Assembly: GCA_964016885.1 (NCBI GenBank)
Contig: OZ024750.1
Location: 30,938,001-31,002,000 of the forward strand
Source of the DNA: Eledone cirrhosa
Lineage: Eukaryota
Direction: 5' to 3'
DNA length: 64,000 nucleotides
Part shown: in pieces, positions 55,343 to 64,000 of the stretch
Position numbering within the stretch: position 1 is the stretch's first letter
Layout of the letters: each line of letters opens with the position of its first letter
Notes under the pieces: model-generated
Told to the model about the DNA's origin: nothing
What the model saw: only the letters and a program-made list of their open reading frames with translations
The model's database searches: none
Translations under genes and position numbers: made by a program

Positions 55343-55543
55343 GGAACAAGTAGGACCCCGACGGCTGAGCTCAAGCCATTTCGACGGCTAATTCTGGACG
55401 TAATTAGTCCAGAATTAGCCGTCGAAACGGCTTGAGCTCAGCCGTCGGAGTCCTACTTGTTCCTATTACCCACTCTACTACCCTAAGTATTGAGTACTTT
55501 GGTGCGTTATGGTCCATCTGGTTCCTTACCACATTTCCTTCGT

Positions 55544-55545
<2 letters not shown>
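55343..55545 (+). mobile_element. Short TA-embedded repeat with a fold-back end and the 3' half of a hammerhead
   Basis: 57-bp arms at 55343-55399 and 55407-55463; GAAA-CGGCT..AGCCG-TC. Homologous copies lie at 42292-42480 and 50090-50146. Confidence 0.7.
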
Positions 55546-55575
<30 letters not shown>

Positions 55576-55775
55576 AGTACAGCATAGTCGAAGCTCGAGC
55601 CGCAGCTAAGCCAACGAATGCAATCAGAAAGAGCAGCCAAGCACTAGATAAGGTATAAAACCTTAGAGTAATAACATTCCGTTTAAAGGGCTTTGCAAAT
55701 TGAAGATAGCGACCCTTAATTCAGCCGCAGGGACCGTAGCAACGAAAGAACTGACTCGCGAGAAAAATTACATAC

Positions 55776-55808
<33 letters not shown>

Positions 55809-55929
55809 ACAAACCTGGACCATCATATATATATATATATATATATAACAAACCTGGACCATCACTTCGATATTTTGCAATATCTCAGTTAGGTTTCTGT
55901 AAATCGACGGTTTAAAACCGTCTCTCTCT

Positions 55930-55969
<40 letters not shown>

Positions 55970-56031
55970 AGAGAGAGACGGTTTTAAACCGTCGATTTCC
56001 GAGCAATATAAGGAACACTTGTGATTATTTA

Positions 56032-56071
56032 TGCCCTTGAGAAGCCCAACTGGGCGAAACGTACGTAGGTG
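56032..56071 (+). ncRNA. Variant-core hammerhead-like motif
   Basis: TGCC-CTTGAGAA-GCCC/aact/GGGC-GAAA-CGTACG-TA-GGTG; GUA triplet; lies between (TA)n tracts. Confidence 0.55.
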
Positions 56072-56126
56072 CTGTTTTAAATAAACATGTTTTAACGGTC
56101 TATTCTCCGATTTTTTACTTTCTCAC

Positions 56127-56174
<48 letters not shown>

Positions 56175-56509
56175 TGGTTATATATGTTCTGGCTTGTTAA
56201 TTTATTAACCTGCCATTGAACCACATTGGCATATGGTTGGATAATACATGTGTCCCTATTCGTTTTTTGCGTGTAGGGATATATACTTTATTATTATTAA
56301 TCTCCCCCTGGTCGAGATGAAATTTGCTCGTTTTGACTACTGCTATTTATAGTGGTAGTAGATTGACCTCCCTGCCTCTGCCTTCTATCTTTGCACACGA
56401 CACTGGACAGAATTGCTTCCACATCATTCATTCTCATATCGGGAACAATTTTGAATAGCGCCAGTTTGTAATTTGAACTCGGGAATTTTATATTCTCCGA
56501 GTGAAAAGA

Positions 56510-56596
56510 ACCTTCTGACGAGAGTTTATTTTTTCAATGGAAGCCCGCAAGGACTATCCATTTATTTTTGAGACTCGAAACCGATTCTGTAAAGGT
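56510..56596 (+). ncRNA. Type I hammerhead ribozyme motif with a fully canonical core
   Basis: Stem I ACCTT/AAGGT; CTGACGA at 56515-56521; stem II GAGTTT/AGACTC, extended by AATGGA/TCCATT and a GCAA tetraloop; GAAAC at 56577-56581; GUA triplet at 56589-56591. Confidence 0.85.
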
Positions 56597-56773
56597 AACC
56601 ATATTAAGTACAGTGAATTTTTTGAAATTTATTTTGAAACTTTTTCTTATTTGCTAAACCTTGATTATATATATATATATATATATGTATAAGAGATATT
56701 TAATTTGTTGGAAATCAAATAAATATAGATGTTTACAACTGATTCAAAGCACTCGACAGTTTCTGGAGTGAGT

Positions 56774-57259
56774 ATTTAATTGATATTAAATAAATGGAAA
56801 CTATATTTATAAAACCATATTTATTCTATTATATATATTTCAAGGGTACCAAAAATTTGGTACGCTATCATCAGAAAAAATACAAAATGTTTTATAAATA
56901 TTTGACATGACCAAGGATAATATACCTTATCGGTTCAAGTTATCTTGATATTTAAATTTTATATTTAAATTTTCCATAGCGTCTAAAATAACGTCTTTTC
57001 ACCCCTTTAATATACACATCATTTGCATAATCATATTAATCATTTTAAATATCTGACTTTTTCTCCTCTCTTCCCTTCACTTTCCAAGGATAACTTGAAC
57101 CGTTAAGGTATATCATCCTTGGTCATGTCAAATATTTATAAAACATTTTGTATTTTATCTGATGATAGCGCACCAAATTTTTGGTACCCTTGAAATATAT
57201 ATAATAGAATAAATATGGTTTTATAAATATAGTTTCCATTTATTTAATATCAATTAAAT
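56774..57259. repeat. Inverted repeat, about 174-bp arms (56774-56947 and 57086-57259), Penelope-like pseudo-LTR relic
   Basis: The arms are reverse complements with a few differences, and each carries a hammerhead motif. Confidence 0.9.
57151..57211 (+). ncRNA. Type I hammerhead ribozyme motif (inverted twin at 56822-56882, minus strand)
   Basis: Stem I TATTTTAT/ATAGAATA; CTGATGA at 57159-57165; imperfect stem II (ACCAAA/TTTGGT); GAAA at 57192-57195; palindromic TATATA; AUA triplet. Confidence 0.78.
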
Positions 57260-57271
57260 TATATATGTATA

Positions 57272-58100
57272 TAGGGCCGGATTTAGATCTTGGGGGGTCC
57301 GAGACACTTCAAGAACACATCTTAATAGCTCTAAATGTTTTCTAACTTGTTCTGATTATCATTTATTTTTAGATAAATGATGACAAACATCAACTGTGAT
57401 CGTTGCTTTAAAGGTAGATCATAGTGAATTAGAGATTGGTCGCTTCTTGAAAGTTGCACGGTCATTTGTTGACAAAAAGATGGGAGCCACTGACAGGAAT
57501 TCTACTACAGTAGTCACACGTAATACGCTTGCTAATAATCCTATCAGAGCACCCAAATTTGTATGAAAGGTGCAACAAATTATCTATAAGAACACCAGGA
57601 AATCAATTAGCTCTATTGCTAGGGAGCTATCAGAAAAATTGTGCTTAAGGACCTTCGTTACAAGTCATAAATGACGCGGAGAGACCGATTCATTATTTTG
57701 ACTTATCGTGGCTGATTTTAACCAAAATGATACATGACTTTCTCTGACAGGAAACCATATGGCTGGGGTCTGGATCACATGGTGGCTCCTTACAGTCTAT
57801 GTCAGTAGGATGTGGTGCTCTACCACTTTCAATATTTTTGTTTGATACGTTCCTCTCGATTTTTGCAGTTGAACTTGGGTGCATGTGGGATTCCTCAGGA
57901 GTGACATCGTCTACTAATTCTTGATCATTGGTTTCTGTTTTCCATATTCGAAACAGAGAAAAGTTTTGTTTGGCGTTGTTTTTTTGCTAATACAGCAGTA
58001 TTTTTTACACTTCTTACTTTGGATAGTTTTCTCTTCTGATCTCCAGACAACTGAATTTTCCGTGGCATAATGGATATTCTGTGTAAAAATATAAATAGAG
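57272..58100. mobile_element. Mosaic of DNA transposon relics (hAT-like and Tc1/mariner-like)
   Basis: TAGGGCCGGATTTAG resembles a hAT end. Minus-strand MPRKIQLSGDQKRK resembles a hAT transposase N-terminus. Plus-strand RKSISSIAREL...DLRYKS resembles a Tc1/mariner HTH region. Confidence 0.4.
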
Positions 58101-58138
58101 TAACAGTAACAGATGTAACTAAAGCTGTCTAAATATGT

Positions 58139-60258
58139 TGTAGCGGTTGTCTCCCTTGTTTTGATTGGGATCTAGACGGGAGGTGGAACCCTTTCTGCAA
58201 CTTCCGGTCAGAGCCCTATAAAACTAACAGCTTTGGGCTTCCTCTCTCTCTTTGCCTTTTCGGCACCAGGTCAAGAGTCTTCTCATTTGGCTCTGCCATT
58301 AATTTGGCCAACAGGCGCCTGGCTAAGGCCAGGCGCCCTCTGCCAGCCGCGTTTGCCTGGCAATCAAAACGGTAACTACTAACTTTGTTTCATTCTAACA
58401 TCTATCCATTGACATGTCAAGTATTCTATCTACCGTTAATTAAATATTATATACACAAACATTGTCTCGTTTTGTTACATTCATACAACCAGTAATCCCG
58501 CTAAATTGGTAACCCTGACGTGATACGAACACGCAGCCGTTCATCGCTATAAGTGGTCACCCCCCAAAAAAAGAAAAAAATAGCACATCTGGTTTTGTGA
58601 GTAACATTACGAATACACAGCAAATTTAGCGACAAACTATGAAAATACTCAAGGACACGCACACACGCACATGTGGAATTCGCACAGACATACTTTTTCT
58701 CTCACGCATCAATTAACTGTCGCATTTCACCAATATATATATATATATGTTTCTCGTTTCTTACAACGAACACTTTCAAAACAAAAAAAAAAAACATTTC
58801 ACGATATATATATATGTTTCTCGTTTCTTACAACGAACTCTTTCAAAACACAAAAAAAAAAAGAAATTTGATATTCTTTAAAAAACATTTCAACAGGAAC
58901 ATTTATTTTCGATGAACCATTGCCTTTTGTTCTTCGTTTTCTTCATCGTTCAAGTTTTTTTTTTTTTTTTTTTCTCCAAAAGTTCACACCTATAATTATG
59001 CTGATTGAAGCCTTTCTTTTTCATCATTGTCACTTTCAAAATTGCACTATCATTTTCTCGCGCGTTAGAAATATTTTTTTTCAACCTTGTATTGGCACGT
59101 GTAGGCAGCATAAATTCTCGATTCACTGAGATGTCTCTTCTCACAGACAGCCGCACGCCAGAGATAGCATTTCTCCCCCAAGGATTCTTCAGCCTTAAGC
59201 TATATTCTTCTATTTGCCGGTTTATAAATTTACAATGTAAATTTACCGTTGATAACCGCGCATTTATTAAGAATGCTTATTTCTCTGGTCGCTGGCCTCT
59301 TGACCCTTCCAGGTCAACGCATTCTCAACATCGACCATCAACTTCGGCTGCTATTTCTAGCACTTTGCGCAACTCATTTTTTTCTAAAAAAAAATTTTTT
59401 TACTGTGAATTTAAACACCGAATACGCTCACTCAGCGAGACAACAGCAGCAGCAACAGCAATATAACAGCAACAGCAATACATCAACACAGCTTCACCAA
59501 AGCCAGAGAATTTATTTTTGCAGCACTCTTCCTGTGAGAAAATCCATTCGGAGGTTGGAAATTTCACGATATACCACAGAACAGAAACCACCTGCATTCA
59601 TTCTCTGGAACACACTTTCTTTCCAGCTGTCATGTGATTGCACACCTGTGAACTATATTTTGAACTTTGAGCTCTTCTATTACTTTTACTTTATTACATT
59701 GTGTCTTTGGGTGATGGATAGATGGATGTCCAGTCGTGCTCTGGCCAAGAGCGGTTGGCTACCTTAATATCTATCATTGATTTTTCCAAACATTCTTTTG
59801 TCGTAATTTTCATGCCTGTTACAAAATTCTCGCCAACTTGCTACATATTTTCATTTCGATTTTTATACACTAAAATTCTGGCGGGAGGTTATGTAGCGGT
59901 TGTCTCCCTTGTTTTGATTGGGATCTAGACGGGAGGTGGAACCCTTTCTGCAACTTCCGGTCAGAGCCCTATAAAACTAACAGCTTTGGGCTTCCTCTCT
60001 CTCTTTGCCTTTTCGGCACCAGGTCAAGAGTCTTCTCATTTGGCTCTGCCATTAATTTGGCCAACAGGCGCCTGGCTAAGGCCAGGCGCCCTCTGCCAGC
60101 CGCGTTTGCCTGGCAATCAAAACGGTAACTACTAACTTTGTTTCATTCTAACATCTATCCATTGACATGTCAAGTATTCTATCTACCGTTAATTAAATAT
60201 TATATACACAAACATTGTCTCGTTTTGTTACATTCATACAACCAGTAATCCCGCTAAA
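58139..60258 (+). mobile_element. Non-autonomous LTR retrotransposon, 2120 bp
   Basis: 367-bp LTRs at 58139-58505 and 59892-60258; 4-bp TSD ATGT; PBS TGGTAACCCTGACGTGAT at 58507-58524; purine-rich tract GGCGGGAGG before the 3' LTR; no gag/pol recognised. Confidence 0.93.
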
Positions 60259-61731
60259 ATGTCATTAAATCGTTGCTGCTATTTCACGTGACGCGTTAAT
60301 ACAATTAATAAGGGCTAGCTTTGTTACATTATCTGTCACGCTGAATCTCCCCGAGAACTACGTTAATGATAAAAGTGTCTGTAGAATGCTCAACCATTCA
60401 TAAGTTAATTTCATGAGTAAGCTGTTCTGTTGAGCGAACAACGGGAACATTCGTCGTCGAAACCGACGGAGGTTCATTGTATTCCGTATGTGTTTTCATT
60501 AAAGAACGCATGACCTTATTGGAACCTATTTGTTTATGATGTAGCATTACACAAATTATACATATGTGTACATTAGATTTTGAGGCGTAGAAATATCGTA
60601 TATGAATTAAAAATACAGCATCTCCAGTTTATTTATGAAAAAAATAATAAAAGTGTTCTGATTGACAAGAAAATTCTCATTCAGATAAATGTCTTGTTTT
60701 ACTCATATTTATTTCATTAGTCTCACACTTCTCGTCTTGAATGGCAATTCAATAACATTTGTTGATAGTATATTTAAAAAAAAAGACTGTCATATAGTAC
60801 ATCGGTAGAGCGCTCAACTAATTGAATGGTCGTATTTGATTACGATTTTTTCAGAAAAAAGAAACAACAACATCAATAATTGAGATATATAGCTGCTGTG
60901 TGTAATTGAAAAATATTCCACTAAAAGAATCCTACAGCAACTTATGGAGATATGATGCAAGTTGCAATAAGATACATATTATTGTAGTAATTATTTTAGA
61001 ACTGATATAGACACACGGGAAATTTAGAAAGTAAATGACACTAGTACATTTCTGTTATTTCACGTGACTAGTTAATTCAATCCAGCACATCTCCCTTGCT
61101 GTCCCCCGTGGCAACGTCTTCTCTATCCTATCGACCGGGGCCACGAGGCGGACTGTCATGGCTCAATTTGAACCAAGAAATTTTCTGTGACCCATGAAAT
61201 TATTATAGTGTAAAATTTATTTCCATTTTATATAGAATATATTCAATAAAGATATAACTGTCTATTTATTGGACAAACATAATTTCACAAGCATCTAAAA
61301 TATTTCGCATCTCCAATGAAACGACTATTTATTATTAATACTGTGGTGGCTTGGCAGTATCGGTAGAGGGTCGGACGCCATGCTTTCCAGCATAGTTACG
61401 TCCCTTTGCGGTCTGAGTTCAAATCCCACCGAGGTTAACTTTGCCTTTCATCCTTACGGGGTCGATAAAATAAAGTACCAGTAATGCACTGGGTAATTGA
61501 TGGCCTTGTGCCAAAAGTAGAAACAATTATTAATACTAGCAGTGGCTTGGCAGTATCGGTAGAGGGTCGGACGCCATGCTTTCCAGCATAGTTACGTCCC
61601 TTTACGATCAGAGTTCAAATCCCGCCGAGGTTGACTTTGCCTTTCATCCTTACGGGGTCGATAAAATAAAGTAACAGTAATGCACTGGGTAATTGCTGGC
61701 CTTGTGCCTAAAGTAGAAACAATTATTAATA

Positions 61732-63995
61732 CTAGCAGAAAAACCACCCTCGGGTGGTTTTCTGCTGGCATATGTAGTGTGCATATTGGTATTATACGCA
61801 AATATAAATATGTAAATTGAAAAGTAAATTGACAATATATTCTTCTTCTTCGCCCACTTATTTCTGAGAGGGTCGTGGGGGCAGAGTCCTTCTAAAACAC
61901 TCCTCCCAGCGAGTCTGTCAGAAGCAAACATCTCTAACTGATCCAGCTGGATCTCAAAGTGTGACCAGCGAAGCTTATGGATGTTATCCGACTATCTTGG
62001 TCAGGGTCTATCTCTGGGTCTCTTGACAGTTGGTTTTGTCTGTAAAATCTGTCCAGCCATTCTTTACTGAGACATTCTAACCACATTCTCATAGTATCGG
62101 AGTTGTGATCTCTCAATTCGGAGAAGTAGCGGCTCTACCAGGAGTGACTCTCTGGTCTCTGAGCTATGCAATTTATCGAGTAACGTTACTCCAAAGACCC
62201 TTCGGAGGAATCCCATTTCTGCCGCTTTTATTTGCAATTGTATTCTTTTGGTCATTACTCAAGATTCATGATCCTCGGTAAGAGTTGGCAGGAATACAAG
62301 GAAGACAGCGAGTTTGGCTTTTACACCTACCTCCCTTCTTCTGATTGCTGAATGCTGCGACTGGCGCATTACTGCATCAACTTTTGCAATTCTTGCACTT
62401 AATTTAGCCTCCTGCATTCCATCACCCATGAACAAGATACTTGAACTTCTCTAACTGCTTCAGTATAACTCCATTCATATGTATATAAATTTGAGGGACT
62501 TCTGTCCACACGGCCATCACACAATGTGTATGTATTTGTGTGAATGTATGAGTGTGTGTGTGTAAATGGAAGGGAAGGGATACACACATATATGTCTCTA
62601 GCTTAAAAACAGTGACACACACACATACATCTCTAATTTAAGAACACCGACAAACTCGTGCGTGCACATGCACACACTGTCCTATTACCACTCAAGAGAT
62701 TTGGCCCGGGCAAACATCCCCTCAATTTTGGAACCGGCTGGAAAAGACTAGGTAGCGTCTCGTTTGTTTCCGTTCTTTCGCCTGTATATTGTTCTGTGTG
62801 GTATAAGATGTGGGTATTACCTGCTTGTGTATTTTTTCTCTTTCTTTTTTCCCCTTTCCTTTTCCTTTGTATATATTATATTTGTTAGTGTTTTAGTTCT
62901 GTAATCATTATATTAAATTTTTATACAAATGAGTTTAAAATAAAAAGAGTTAAACTGTGTGGTTAATTAATAAATAAAAAGTTGTTCTTTTACCCTTCCA
63001 TTTCCAATTCACCGAACGCTATCATGACTGTATGACTGTATGTGTGTGTTTGTGTAAATGTATATATGTGAATATGTGTTTGTGTGAATGTATGTATGTG
63101 TTTGTGTGAAAGTATGTGTATTTGTGTGAATGGGACGTCACAGTTAGTGACTCTTTTGCTTCTTCCCACATCCTGGATGCAGCGGTAAGGGTGAGAGCTA
63201 CAGCATCCGCATCTGAATGAAACAAAATCCTAAAATACCGTGTTCTGTTAGCTAACTACATTATCCAGCCTATGTGGTCTTAGATGTGTGCATTACGTGC
63301 TTGCGTATTTTTTTCGTTTTCCTTTCCTTTGTATATATTATATTTGTTTGTGTTTTCGTTCTGTAATCAATATATTACATTTTTATACAAATGGGTTTTT
63401 AAAAAAATGAGTTAAACTGTGTTGTTAATAAATAAATAAAACGTTGTACTTGTTTTACCCTCCCGTTTCCAGTTCACCGAACGCTATCATGATTGTATTT
63501 GTGTGTTTGTGTAAATATATGTATAAATGTGTGTTTGTGTAAATGTATATGTGTGAAAGTATGTGTATTTATTTGAATGTATGTCCGTGAGCGTGTATTT
63601 TTATAAGTTTGTGTTTGCGCGATTATAGTTATATACTCATAATAGTTATATACTCATACACATAGATGTATGTATGTGCACAATCATACGCGTCAGCGTG
63701 TAGAAAATCATAATCACTCTATCTCTCTCATCACAAACTCTCGCTTTCTATATATATGGTAGTTGAAGTGGTGGTGGTGGCGGCGATATACCGGAAGTGC
63801 AGAAATTTGAAACTTTGAAAAGAAGTCAATTTTAAATTATTTATAAATACGAAATTTAGTTACGAAATTTAGTACATAAATTATGTAATATTCATTCATT
63901 ATTTATTCAAAGTAATCGAACTTATTTTACAAACAAGATAAAAAAATATATATTCTGGATGCAGTCCCGCACTCGTTACTTTATTATAGTTTGGA
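61732..63995 (-). mobile_element. Probable second non-autonomous Helitron
   Basis: 5' end A|TCCAAACTATAATAAAG at 63995; the subterminal CCGGAAGTG...TTTGAAA..TT..AAGAAGT is shared with the 51582-52975 element; 3' hairpin AGAAAACCACCC/GGGTGGTTTTTCT followed by CTAG|T. Confidence 0.55.
61840..62500 (-). mobile_element. RTE-like LINE 3' fragment
   Basis: KFKYL and AAEMGFLRRV.GVTLLDK..S...RE.L.VEPLLLRIERSQLRY motifs, ending in a (GAA)n tail. Confidence 0.85.
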
Positions 63996-64000
63996 TTTAT

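Noticed and set aside
59005-59767. 153-aa and 172-aa ORFs inside the LTR element
   Set aside because: Non-ATG starts, low complexity, and no gag, protease, RT or integrase motifs recognised.

Overview
This is AT-rich, repeat-dense animal genomic DNA; the SINE, LINE and microsatellite landscape looks cephalopod/octopus-like, which is an inference. Positions 1194-33671 on the minus strand carry the first 16 coding exons (2458 nt, about 819 aa) of a large secreted cysteine-rich protein. I reconstructed it by hand with GT-AG boundaries and matching phases at every junction. The domain order is signal peptide, EMI-like, EGF, 6-Cys TB/follistatin-N-like module, VWD, C8, TIL, E, VWD, C8, and the gene runs off the left edge of the window (mucin/SCO-spondin/hemocytin superfamily). 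The upstream intergenic region (about 41.8-64 kb) contains a dense cluster of type-I hammerhead-ribozyme motifs from several unrelated short repeat families. They lie next to (TA)n tracts and often sit in both arms of inverted repeats, the signature of Penelope-like element pseudo-LTRs. The same region holds an 870-bp palindrome, a young non-coding LTR element (apparently identical 367-bp LTRs, tRNA-Trp PBS, non-canonical TG...AA ends) and two Helitron derivatives with recognisable termini. CRE, RTE and CR1 LINE relics and many tRNA-derived SINEs occur across the whole window. All alignments and folds were done by eye, with no database searches.
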